Position numbers and translations under genes: made by a program
Source: an uncultured Acidobacteriia bacterium
GTDB lineage: Bacteria; Acidobacteriota; Terriglobia; Bryobacterales; Bryobacteraceae
Assembly: GCA_903875575.1 (NCBI GenBank)
Contig: CAIQWJ010000022.1
Coordinates: 1,162 to 65,161 of the forward strand
Direction of reading: 5' to 3'
DNA length: 64,000 nt
In this document: positions 25,707 to 39,434 of the stretch, piece by piece
Layout: each line of letters begins with the position of its first letter
How positions within the stretch are numbered: position 1 is the first letter of the stretch
The notes under the pieces: model-generated
What the model saw: the letters and a program-made list of their open reading frames with translations, nothing else
Database searches by the model: none
What the model was told of the DNA's origin: nothing

Positions 25707-26429
25707 ATGAATGTTCCTAACCGCCTGACTATCGCCCGGATCTTCTTCGTGCCATTCCTTGTGGCCGTGGTGGTCAACGAGCGTATGTCGGTGCACTGGA
25801 ATGGCGGTGTCATCACCAATGATCTGATCGCGCTGGGGATCTTCTGGGTTGCAGCCGCCACAGACCTTCTGGATGGGTACCTTGCGCGCCGCTGGAAACA
25901 GGTCACCACAATTGGGACGCTGCTGGATCCGATCGCGGACAAGTTGCTGGTTTCGGCAGCCCTGATTGCGTTAGTGCAGGAAAAGATTGTTCCTGCCTGG
26001 CTGGTGGTGCTGCTGATTGGCCGGGAGTTTGCGGTTTCCGGGCTGCGCAGCATTGCAGCCAGTGAAGGTTTTACGATCAGCGCCAGCGAACTGGGCAAGA
26101 CCAAGACCCTGTCTCAGGTAGTTGCCATTTCACTGCTGATGATCAGCCTGCGGCACCCGGGCATGCTGCGTTACGCTGATTTCTCTCTGTACGTGGTGGT
26201 GCTGTTCTCGATGTGGTCCGCAGTAGCTTACTTCGCGAAATTCTGGCGGATGGTGGATGAAAACATCAAACATCGGCGGCGACGCGAGTTGCTTGCGGCG
26301 GATCGTCTGCGCAGGCGCGCCTTATTTGCTGAGAAGCGGGCGGCGATGATGGCGCGGCGTCAGGCTAGAGCGGAGATGAAGCGGGCGGAGTTCGCGGCAC
26401 GAACTGTGGACCTTCCGCCGTCAACCTGA
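25707..26429 (+). CDS. pgsA: CDP-diacylglycerol--glycerol-3-phosphate 3-phosphatidyltransferase
   Basis: MNVPNRLTIARIFFVPFLV and the CDP-alcohol phosphatidyltransferase motif DLLDGYLARRW...GTLLDPIADKLL. Carries a ~55-aa Arg-rich C-terminal extension. Confidence 0.85.
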   Translation: MNVPNRLTIARIFFVPFLVAVVVNERMSVHWNGGVITNDLIALGIFWVAAATDLLDGYLARRWKQVTTIGTLLDPIADKLLVSAALIALVQEKIVPAWLVVLLIGREFAVSGLRSIAASEGFTISASELGKTKTLSQVVAISLLMISLRHPGMLRYADFSLYVVVLFSMWSAVAYFAKFWRMVDENIKHRRRRELLAADRLRRRALFAEKRAAMMARRQARAEMKRAEFAARTVDLPPST

Positions 26430-27222
26430 CCGTTCGAACCTGGCCACTGGGGCCAATGGGATCGAGCGGTTTGCCATTCAGCGAAATGTCCAGCCCCCCG
26501 GCGTTACCGGTCATGACTTTGACCTGCGCGTCAGCGGCAATAGTTCTGGATTCATGCTGGCGGAGGGTACCGACGAAAGCTGTGCGCCCATCGGCGCTGA
26601 TCTGTACCCAGGCGGCTTCTCTGGCTGTCAGCACTACCTGTACTGGCCGGTTGCTGTCAAAACCAGACGGCATTGCAGACGACGTGGAAACTGTCTGGGT
26701 GCTTACGGAGTTGGTTTCCGGCGAAGGGATCCGGGCTGAATTCTGAGTTTCACCAACTGCAGGAGAGGCAGTAACGGCTGCCACGACGGTCTTGGCGGAG
26801 GGTGCCGGTGTGGCGGCGACGGATGCAACCGCGTGCCTGCCGTAATGGTTGTAGTAATACCAGGCACCGGTGCCGGCACCCGCGGCGGTGGCAATCCAGA
26901 GGAGCGACGCCAGGGAAGCGGTGAGGCGGGGATCCCAGTGTTTTTGACGGGAACCAGCGGGGGGAATGGGTAGAGGGGCGGCCTCGATATCCACTCGCGG
27001 GAGTTTTGCGAGCAGCGCATCGGCATCGAGCTTAAGATCCTGAGCGTAGAGCCGGACAAAATTGCGGGCGAAGACGAGGCCTGGCAGGCGGTCAAGAGCA
27101 TCTGCTTCGATGGCTTCGAGCGAGCGAGGCGAGATCCTGGTACGCTGTACGACATCTTCCAGCGATAAGCCCTGGCGCAAACGCTCCAGACGAAGTTGTT
27201 CCCCTACGCCGCTTGTTGACAC
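26365..27222 (-). CDS. RodZ-like cytoskeleton protein (HTH + TM + DUF4115)
   Basis: N-terminal HTH GEQLRLERLRQGLSLEDVVQRTRISPRSLEAIE. TM helix LASLLWIATAAGAGTGAWYY. DUF4115-like C-terminus VVLTAREAAWVQISADG...VMTGNAGGLDISLNGKPL. Confidence 0.7.
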   Translation of the reverse strand: MSTSGVGEQLRLERLRQGLSLEDVVQRTRISPRSLEAIEADALDRLPGLVFARNFVRLYAQDLKLDADALLAKLPRVDIEAAPLPIPPAGSRQKHWDPRLTASLASLLWIATAAGAGTGAWYYYNHYGRHAVASVAATPAPSAKTVVAAVTASPAVGETQNSARIPSPETNSVSTQTVSTSSAMPSGFDSNRPVQVVLTAREAAWVQISADGRTAFVGTLRQHESRTIAADAQVKVMTGNAGGLDISLNGKPLDPIGPSGQVRTVRLTAEGPQFVPRTPPASSPL

Positions 27223-27359
27223 CCTTTATGCTCCTTTAAACTCAACCGGGCTACCACAACGTCCTTCCTGACATAGTACACCAGGCGTATATCGGGTTAC
27301 ACAAAAATTGTGTTAAAGAATCAAAAAAAGTCCTTTTGGGGGGCGGATAGTGACTGGAA

Positions 27360-28277
27360 TCAGGGGTGCGTTGGGGTTTCCGAGGTCTCCGGCAGCAGAT
27401 TGCCTTTCAGCAGTTTGAGGAATTCGAGGCCGGCGCGAGTGAGTTTCTTCTTCTTACGATGGATGATTCCGGTGGGTCTGACCAGTTCGGGGGCGTTCAA
27501 CGGAATGGAAACGAGGCGGCCCTGATCCACTTCGGAAGCCATGGCGCGCTCCGGAAGAATGCTGATGCCGGAACCGAGCGCCACCGCCTCCTTGATGGAC
27601 TGGATGTTATCGAACTGCATTGCGATGATCACTTCGATCTGACTCTCCCGGAAGAACCGGTCCAATTCGCGCCGGATGGTGACCTCTTCGTCGAAGGCGA
27701 TGAAGTCCTGCCCGCTGAGTTCGGAGGCCTCGATGAGGTCCCGTGAGGCAAACGGATGGGACGGATAGGCGGCCACGGTCATGCGTTCTTCGCGCCAGGG
27801 AATGATAGTCAGGTCGCGGCTGCTTTCTGGATAGCTGATGAAGCCCACGTCGGCCAGGTCAGCCAGCACGGCTTCGTAAACCTTGTTGGGGCGCAGGTAT
27901 TCCACGTGCAGGTGGACATCCGGGCAAATACGGGCAAATTCGTCTCGGAGTTCCGGCATTTCCGAGAGGCCGATGGAGTAAATGGAAGCTACCCGGAAGG
28001 TACCTTCGATGGCGCCTTTGAGATCAGCCATGGCGGAGGTGAAATCCTCTTCGCGCCGAAGGACGTCGCGGCAAAGATCGGCGTAGAGTCTGCCAGCGGC
28101 GGTAAGACCGAGGGGGCGAGTGGTTCGGTCGAGCAGTTCGACACCCATACGCGATTCGAGTTGCTGGATGTGCTGGGTGGCGGCGGACTGACTGATGTTG
28201 TTCAGTTGTGCGGCGCGGCTGAGGCTCCGCGAATGCGCGACGTCCCGGAAGAGTTTGCATTCCTCGAATATCACCAC
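27360..28277 (-). CDS. LysR family transcriptional regulator (divergent from gltB)
   Basis: N-terminal wHTH FRDVAHSRSLSRAAQLNNISQSAATQHIQQLESRMGVELLDR followed by a LysR substrate-binding domain. Confidence 0.85.
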   Translation of the reverse strand: MVIFEECKLFRDVAHSRSLSRAAQLNNISQSAATQHIQQLESRMGVELLDRTTRPLGLTAAGRLYADLCRDVLRREEDFTSAMADLKGAIEGTFRVASIYSIGLSEMPELRDEFARICPDVHLHVEYLRPNKVYEAVLADLADVGFISYPESSRDLTIIPWREERMTVAAYPSHPFASRDLIEASELSGQDFIAFDEEVTIRRELDRFFRESQIEVIIAMQFDNIQSIKEAVALGSGISILPERAMASEVDQGRLVSIPLNAPELVRPTGIIHRKKKKLTRAGLEFLKLLKGNLLPETSETPTHP

Positions 28278-28539
28278 TTCAGTATCATAAGCTCAACTGA
28301 TAATGTCAATAGTGTAAATTTCGATTGCGTTATATTGTGAGATCCTGCTAATATTGAGGGACTATGGTGCGGCAGGTTTCGACCCGCACACGTAGCCGGC
28401 TCTGGCCACGCCGCCAGGGGCTTCACAGGCCGGTCGCCATTACAAGGTCGCGATGACGTCGCGACTGCACGAAAGCGGAGTACCTTCGCCGTTTTCAGCC
28501 TTGTTTGTTTCAGCTGCGTTGCAACTTTAGAGAGATAAA

Positions 28540-33147
<4,608 letters not shown>

Positions 33148-33192
33148 AGCGCGCCAGTTTGACTCTTTCATGTCTAATGAGCAGGTGACCAA

Positions 33193-34611
33193 ATGGGTAA
33201 AGTAACAGGCTTCATGGAGTACACGCGTGAACTGCCGGGTCGCCGCGACCCCGCCGAGCGTGTCAAAGACTGGCTCGAAATCTACCAGCCGTTTCCCGAA
33301 GATCGGGTGAAAACGCAGGGTGCCCGCTGCATGGACTGCGGCGTGCCGTTCTGCCATACGGGATGCCCCGTGAACAACATCATTCCGGACTGGAACGATA
33401 TGGTTTTTCGCGGGCGCTGGCGTGAGGCGATCCGCGTGCTGCATTCCACGAACAACTTTCCGGAATTCACTGGACGCATTTGTCCTGCGCCGTGCGAAGC
33501 ATCCTGCGTGCTGGGTATTAACGAGCCTGCGGTGACGATCAAGAACATCGAGCGGACGATTGTGGACCGCGCGTGGGAAGAAGGCTGGATTGTTCCGGAA
33601 CCCGCCGCGAAGAAGACGGGCAAGCGAGTAGCCGTGGTTGGCTCAGGCCCGGCGGGTCTGGCGGCGGCGCAGCAGTTGGCGCGCGCAGGGCATGCGGTCA
33701 CTGTGTTTGAGAAGTCCGATCGCATTGGCGGTTTGCTGCGTTACGGTATCCCGAACTTCAAGATGGAGAAGCACCTGATCGACAGGCGTATCGAACAGAT
33801 GACGCGCGAGGGTGTTGAGTTCGTGGTCAACGCCAATATCGGGGTGAACAAGAAGGCCAGTGATCTTCGCGATGACTTCCATGCCATCGTGCTGGCAGGC
33901 GGGGCGGAGCATCCGCGCGATCTGAAAGTGCCGGGGCGCGAACTGAAGGGCATCCATTTTGCAATGGAGTTTCTGCCGCAGGCCAACAAGGTTTGTGAGG
34001 GAGATTCCGTGCCGGAGCAGATTCTGGCGACGGGCAAGCGTGTGGTGATCATTGGCGGCGGCGATACCGGTGCGGATTGCCTGGGGACGTCGCATCGGCA
34101 GGGTGCCGCGCACATTACGCAGTTTGAACTGATGCCGAAGCCTCCGGCGGAACGCGCGCCGGAAACTCCGTGGCCCATGTGGCCGATGCAACTTCGCGTG
34201 GAGAGTTCGCATGAAGAAGGCGGCATGCGCGACTGGAGCGTGAACACGGTGAAGTTCACGGGCGACGCCGAAGGCAATGTGAAGAAGCTGCATGGCGTGC
34301 GCGTGGGTCCGCCGCCGAAGTTCGAAGCGCAGAAGGGCACCGAGTTTGAGCTGGATGTGGACCTTGTGCTGCTTGCGATGGGCTTTACGGGTCCGGTGCG
34401 GACCGGCATGCTGGATGAACTGGGCGTGGAACTGGATGGCCGCGGTAACGTGCTGGCGGATTCGAACTACATGACTTCGGTACCAGGCGTGTTCGCGGCC
34501 GGTGATACGCGGCGCGGGCAGTCGCTGGTAGTGTGGGCGATTGCGGAAGGCCGCAAAGCCGCGCATGGCGTGGACGAGTTCCTGATGGGTAAGTCAACGC
34601 TGCCGTTGTGA
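33193..34611 (+). CDS. gltD: glutamate synthase small subunit (NADPH)
   Basis: [10 protein letters not shown]...GCPV and CPAPCEASC cluster motifs. Dinucleotide folds [14 protein letters not shown] and [13 protein letters not shown]. Confidence 0.95.
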   Translation: MGKVTGFMEYTRELPGRRDPAERVKDWLEIYQPFPEDRVKTQGARCMDCGVPFCHTGCPVNNIIPDWNDMVFRGRWREAIRVLHSTNNFPEFTGRICPAPCEASCVLGINEPAVTIKNIERTIVDRAWEEGWIVPEPAAKKTGKRVAVVGSGPAGLAAAQQLARAGHAVTVFEKSDRIGGLLRYGIPNFKMEKHLIDRRIEQMTREGVEFVVNANIGVNKKASDLRDDFHAIVLAGGAEHPRDLKVPGRELKGIHFAMEFLPQANKVCEGDSVPEQILATGKRVVIIGGGDTGADCLGTSHRQGAAHITQFELMPKPPAERAPETPWPMWPMQLRVESSHEEGGMRDWSVNTVKFTGDAEGNVKKLHGVRVGPPPKFEAQKGTEFELDVDLVLLAMGFTGPVRTGMLDELGVELDGRGNVLADSNYMTSVPGVFAAGDTRRGQSLVVWAIAEGRKAAHGVDEFLMGKSTLPL

Positions 34612-35063
34612 TTTGGTGCGGTCAGATCCGGTCAGCGGACGCGGGCGACATGAATGCCGTTCGCGAGTTGTTTCGCGAGTACGCGGACTGGGTGGGCAAT
34701 GCGATCTGCTTCGGAAGTTTCGAACGTGAACTGGCAGGTTTGCCGGGGAGTTATTCGCCAATACTGATTGCCGTGGACGGAGATCGCCTGGCCGGTTGCG
34801 TGGCGCTTCGGATGCTCGGCGACGGCATCGGTGAGATGAAGCGGCTTTACGTGAGGCCTGTGTTTCAGGGGGCCGGGCTTGGGAGAACTCTGGTGGACCG
34901 GGTAATCGCGAAGGCTCGGGCTTCCGGTTGCCATGCTTTGCGTCTGGACACGCTGCCCCGAATGGAGCGTGCTATCTCCATGTACCGTGGGCTTGGTTTT
35001 CGCGAAATTCCGCCTTATGGGGACAACCCAGCAGAAGCGATCTGCTTCGAACTGAATCTCTAA
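34608..35063 (+). CDS. GNAT family N-acetyltransferase
   Basis: GTGA overlap with the gltD stop. Acetyl-CoA binding motif [18 protein letters not shown]. Confidence 0.8.
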   Translation: MIWCGQIRSADAGDMNAVRELFREYADWVGNAICFGSFERELAGLPGSYSPILIAVDGDRLAGCVALRMLGDGIGEMKRLYVRPVFQGAGLGRTLVDRVIAKARASGCHALRLDTLPRMERAISMYRGLGFREIPPYGDNPAEAICFELNL

Positions 35064-35079
35064 CGCTAAACTGCCAGTC

Positions 35080-35559
35080 ATGTGTCCGCGACGCTGGCTC
35101 GTGTTCCTGTTTGCTCTGGCCCTGCCGGTGTGTGCGCAGACGAAGCCCGATGTTGCTGCGCTGGTGAAGGCTGCGCTGGGCGAGGGTATGGTTCCTTACG
35201 CCGGCATCAAGCCTGTGGTTGCGGATTTCACCGGCGACGGCCAGCCGGACCTTGCGGTGGTGGTGGATTTCAATAAGAAACTGGCGCAGTGGCTGAGGCG
35301 CGGCACTGCGATTCTGAACCTGGACGATCCGTCGCTCGCGCGGATGCGTCCGGACAACGACCAGCACTTCTGCTTCGGCCTGCTGGTGCTGGATCAAATG
35401 CAGCCAGCGCGGAAGACGATCTTTTACGGTTGCTTCCAGGGTTGGAAATTGATGCCGGGGGCGAAGGCCGCATTGGACCTCGGCATGGAGAACGGTACCA
35501 CGCTGCGGCTCTACTACGATGGCGCGCGGTATCGGACGCGCGTGGTTCGCTCCAACTGA
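35080..35559 (+). CDS. hypothetical secreted protein
   Basis: Signal MCPRRWLVFLFALALPVCAQ. Contains an FG-GAP/VCBS-like segment VADFTGDGQPDLAVVV. No firm family. Confidence 0.5.
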   Translation: MCPRRWLVFLFALALPVCAQTKPDVAALVKAALGEGMVPYAGIKPVVADFTGDGQPDLAVVVDFNKKLAQWLRRGTAILNLDDPSLARMRPDNDQHFCFGLLVLDQMQPARKTIFYGCFQGWKLMPGAKAALDLGMENGTTLRLYYDGARYRTRVVRSN

Positions 35560-35601
35560 CGCGCTGGGGGCTTCGATACAATTGCCGTGGAGGTTTCGCA
35601 T

Positions 35602-37263
35602 ATGAAACTCTGCATGGCCACCGCTATGACGCTGCTTGCCGCGAATCTGGCGATCGGAGCCGATCTGACAGGGAAATGGGTGGTCGCCCCACCCGCCGGA
35701 CCGGGACGCGGTACCGCTCCGCCGCCCGCTGCTCCCGGCGCTCCGCCCGCCAACCTCGAGACCGCGTATTACATCACAGCGAGGGGCGATGCCTTCACTG
35801 GCTATCTGACTCAGGGCCAGAACAATTCACCCATCACCGATGGCAGGGTGGACGGGGATAACGTCGCGTTCAATATCGTGCGTACGGTGGGCGGCAATGA
35901 TACGAAGATTCCTTATACTGCCAAACTTGCCGGCGATGTTCTAACGATTACTGTTCCCGCAGGTGGTGGGCGCGGTGGCCCGGGTGGCGGCGGTCGTGGT
36001 CGTGGTCCCGCGTTTGGTTTCGGCGTGCCTCCGACGGCGAATGCGCCTGCGGCGCCGCCGCAACCTGCTGTGCAGATCGCGAGCCGCGTTTCGGGCGCCG
36101 TGCCGCCGCCCATGCCGGTGCCACCAGTCAAGGTGATGCTGAATCCTCCTGCTGGCGGCGTGAAATACAACGGTCTTGCTGCCGCGCCTCCCATGGGCTG
36201 GAACAGCTGGAACAAGTTCCAGGCGCGCGTGAGCGATCAGGTGGTGCGCGAAGTGGCAGACGCCATGGTGAAGAACGGCATGCGCGACGCGGGTTACGTT
36301 TACGTCAACATCGACGACACCTGGGAAGGTACGCGCGACGCGCAGGGCAATATCCGCTCCAACGAGAAGTTCCCCGATATGAAAGCGCTGGCGGACTACG
36401 TCCACGGCAAGGGTTTGAAGCTGGGTATTTACTCGTCGCCCGGGCCGAAGACCTGCGCGGGCTATGAGGGCAGCTACCAGCACGAAGTGCAGGACGCGAA
36501 GACCTTTGCGCAGTGGGGCATCGACTATCTGAAGTACGACTGGTGTTCGGCGACGCAGGTCTATGACGCAAATTCGCAGCCTGGAGCTTACGCGAAAATG
36601 GGCCAGGCTTTGCTGGATGCCGGGAAGGCTTCGGGTCGACCGATCCTTTATAGCCTTTGCCAGTACGGGCAGGTGGACGTGGGCACGTGGGGGGCGCAGG
36701 CAGGTGGTAACGCGTGGCGCACTACGGGCGACATCAGCGACAACTGGACTTCGATGGTGACCATCGGGTTTGACCAGCAGATTGGCCGCGAGCAGTTTGC
36801 CGGGCCGGGACACTGGAACGATCCCGACATGCTGGAGATCGGCAATGGCGGCATGAACGACACCGAGTACAGGACTCACATGAGTCTGTGGAGCCTGCTG
36901 GCGGCACCGCTGCTGGCGGGCAACGATCTTCGCAGTGTGGCACCGGACATTCTGGATATTCTGAATAACAAAGAGGTGATCGCGATCGATCAGGACGCGT
37001 TGGGCAAGCAGGCGGTGCGGGTGGCGAAGGACGGCGACGCGGAGGTCTGGGCACGGCCACTGGCCGACGGCGGCGTGGCGGTGGGGTTGTTCAATCGCGG
37101 GACGGCGCAGGTTCAGGTGGCGGCGACCTGGCGCGCGCTGGGGATTTTCGGCGACTGGAAAGCCCGGGATCTGTGGGCGCATGCGGACCGGGGAGCGGGC
37201 ACTGAGGCCGTCTGGGCTAACGTTCCGTCACACGGAGTTGTATTACTCCGGTTGACAAAATAG
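35602..37263 (+). CDS. alpha-galactosidase (GH27) with extra N-terminal domain
   Basis: PPMGWNSWNKF...YVYVNIDDTWEG...KYDWC...MLEIGNGG are GH27 hallmarks. GGAGG lies 8 nt upstream of ATG 35602. The N-terminal ~150 aa hold a small beta-domain plus a Gly/Arg/Pro-rich linker. Confidence 0.85.
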   Translation: MKLCMATAMTLLAANLAIGADLTGKWVVAPPAGPGRGTAPPPAAPGAPPANLETAYYITARGDAFTGYLTQGQNNSPITDGRVDGDNVAFNIVRTVGGNDTKIPYTAKLAGDVLTITVPAGGGRGGPGGGGRGRGPAFGFGVPPTANAPAAPPQPAVQIASRVSGAVPPPMPVPPVKVMLNPPAGGVKYNGLAAAPPMGWNSWNKFQARVSDQVVREVADAMVKNGMRDAGYVYVNIDDTWEGTRDAQGNIRSNEKFPDMKALADYVHGKGLKLGIYSSPGPKTCAGYEGSYQHEVQDAKTFAQWGIDYLKYDWCSATQVYDANSQPGAYAKMGQALLDAGKASGRPILYSLCQYGQVDVGTWGAQAGGNAWRTTGDISDNWTSMVTIGFDQQIGREQFAGPGHWNDPDMLEIGNGGMNDTEYRTHMSLWSLLAAPLLAGNDLRSVAPDILDILNNKEVIAIDQDALGKQAVRVAKDGDAEVWARPLADGGVAVGLFNRGTAQVQVAATWRALGIFGDWKARDLWAHADRGAGTEAVWANVPSHGVVLLRLTK

Positions 37264-37399
37264 TGACAGATTCGCTTCTTATTCGCCCACGGGTAAGAAA
37301 CAATGCTAAGCGTGCACAACTCTTCAGCAAACAGCGGGTTTCAAGGTATGTAAATTGGTGTAAGATAACGGAATAGGTTCGGGTATCGGAGGGCGGGTA

Positions 37400-39418
37400 A
37401 TGCCAAGTCAGTCCATCGGCCGGGTGGCCGTGTCAGCCGTAGTCATGGGTGTGTGCGCGTGGGTCGCTCCCGCAAGTGCGCAGGAGGCGGAGTTACGCTC
37501 AGCGTCCATCAGTCAGCAGATGTCGGTGGTGGATTCCGAATGTACGTTTTTCGGCGCGCAGCGGGATCGTTTTCTGCCGCGCGCGAATCGCACGTCCGAC
37601 TCAGGGCCGGGGCTGTTGACCCGGCAGTTCCAGGCCTCGGCCAGGGGGATTGCGGAAGTGGCCCGGGCGAAGCCTTTTGTCTCTGCGGCTTCCGGGAATG
37701 GCGGCCTGGTCGACCAGTACATCTATAACGCGCTCTCTGCAAATGGCATTCAGCCCGCCGACCTTACCACAGATTACGAATTCATCCGGCGGGTGTCGCT
37801 GGATCTTACAGGCCGCATTCCGACAGCGGCGGCAGTCACACAGTTCGTGGCCAGTGTTGACCCGAATAAGAGGGCCGCGCTGATCGATTCGCTGCTGGCC
37901 TCGTCCGCCTGGGTGGACAAGTGGACCGTGTACTTCAGCGATCTGTATAAGAACACAGCTTCCAACACGCAGGTGCAGATCCACAACGAAGGGCGCAACG
38001 CGTTTTACAAATACATCCACGATTCGCTGGCAGCGAACAAACCCTACAATCGGATGGCGACCGAGATGATCGCGGCGCAGGGCACCGACAGTTTCGACCA
38101 GAGTAACGGCCAGTTGAATTACCTGCCGCTGAGCGTGGTTGGCGGCGGTCCCGCGCAGGACATCTTCGATATGCAGACGACGAACATCGCCGAGCAGTTC
38201 CTCGGGATCGCGCACGTCAATTGCCTCCTGTGCCACAACGGTCGCGGACACCTCGATGCTCTGAGTCTGTGGGGCAGCCAGACGACCCGCGTGCAGGCGT
38301 GGGGACTTTCGGCATTCCTGGCGAAGACCCGCACGCAGAGCATCGCCACACCGGTGAATCCGGCAACTGGCCGGGCCGATTCCAACATCTGGGCGCTTAA
38401 TGCTTATACGACCGACTACCAGCTGAATACGACGACGGGAAACCGGCCGGCGAGGCAACCCATCGGGACCGTAACGACGGTCAAGCCGAAGTACCTTTGG
38501 GGCAGCGGAGAGACTGTTTCGGCTGGACTGGACTACCGGTCCGCTCTGGCCAGATATCTGACCGGCGACTTTCAGTTTGCCCGGGCCTCTGTGAACTATA
38601 TATGGGCAGCGCTGATGGGCCAGGGGATTGTGGATCCGCCCGATCAGTTCGACCCGGCGCGGCTGGATCCAAACAATCCGCCGCCGGCGCCGTGGACACT
38701 GCAGCCTTCCAATCCGCAGTTGCTGGATGCGCTGGCGCACTCGTTCATCGATAGCGGCTATGACATCAAGGCGTTGATGAGTTTGATTGTTAATTCCAAT
38801 ACTTATCAGCTGTCGTCGGTCTACAACGGTACATGGAAGGCTTCCTATGAGCCGTTTTTCGCGCGGCATTTTGTGCGCAGGCTGTGGGCAGAAGAAATTC
38901 ACGACTCCATTGATACGGCGTTGAACACATTCCCAACTTATACGGTAGCCGGCTTCAGCAACGCTTCCACGGTTTATGGCGTGACGTCGCCGGGCTTTGG
39001 CACGATCCAATACGCGATGCAGTCTCCGGATGTGGTGAATACGCCGGATAGCGGAGGCGCGGTGAGCCAGTTTCTCGATACCTTCCTGCGGGGCAATCGA
39101 GACGACCAGCCACGAAAAGAGGAAGGTTCCATTCTTCAGACGCTGGGGCTGATGAACGATGCTTTCGTACAGAATCGGATCCATGCCACGGGGACCGGGA
39201 CTACTGCAACTTACCTGATGAAGGACCTGAATACGCTGTCAGGCGCTCCGCTGGTGAACGCCCTGTTTATGGACGTTCTTTCGCGGAAACCCTCGGCAAC
39301 GGAACTGGCGCAGGTACAGGCGCAACTGGCCCTTGGCGGAACCGCGGCGTACAAGACAAACGCGGAAGACGTTCTCTGGACACTGTTCAACAAGCTGGAT
39401 TTCGTTTTCAACTACTAG
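37400..39418 (+). CDS. DUF1549/DUF1553 domain protein (planctomycete-type)
   Basis: Signal peptide. DYEFIRRVSLDLTGRIPTAAAVTQF...KRAALIDSLLAS is DUF1549-like. The central NCLLCHNGRGH and the C-terminal region are DUF1553-like. Confidence 0.8.
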   Translation: MPSQSIGRVAVSAVVMGVCAWVAPASAQEAELRSASISQQMSVVDSECTFFGAQRDRFLPRANRTSDSGPGLLTRQFQASARGIAEVARAKPFVSAASGNGGLVDQYIYNALSANGIQPADLTTDYEFIRRVSLDLTGRIPTAAAVTQFVASVDPNKRAALIDSLLASSAWVDKWTVYFSDLYKNTASNTQVQIHNEGRNAFYKYIHDSLAANKPYNRMATEMIAAQGTDSFDQSNGQLNYLPLSVVGGGPAQDIFDMQTTNIAEQFLGIAHVNCLLCHNGRGHLDALSLWGSQTTRVQAWGLSAFLAKTRTQSIATPVNPATGRADSNIWALNAYTTDYQLNTTTGNRPARQPIGTVTTVKPKYLWGSGETVSAGLDYRSALARYLTGDFQFARASVNYIWAALMGQGIVDPPDQFDPARLDPNNPPPAPWTLQPSNPQLLDALAHSFIDSGYDIKALMSLIVNSNTYQLSSVYNGTWKASYEPFFARHFVRRLWAEEIHDSIDTALNTFPTYTVAGFSNASTVYGVTSPGFGTIQYAMQSPDVVNTPDSGGAVSQFLDTFLRGNRDDQPRKEEGSILQTLGLMNDAFVQNRIHATGTGTTATYLMKDLNTLSGAPLVNALFMDVLSRKPSATELAQVQAQLALGGTAAYKTNAEDVLWTLFNKLDFVFNY

Positions 39419-39434
39419 AGAGAGGATTCGCGCC

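Noticed and set aside
28278-28539. Glutamine or another nitrogen-related riboswitch in the gltB leader.
   Set aside because: I could not recognise any known riboswitch core. Only a simple 7-bp hairpin is visible, and a claim would need a covariance-model scan.
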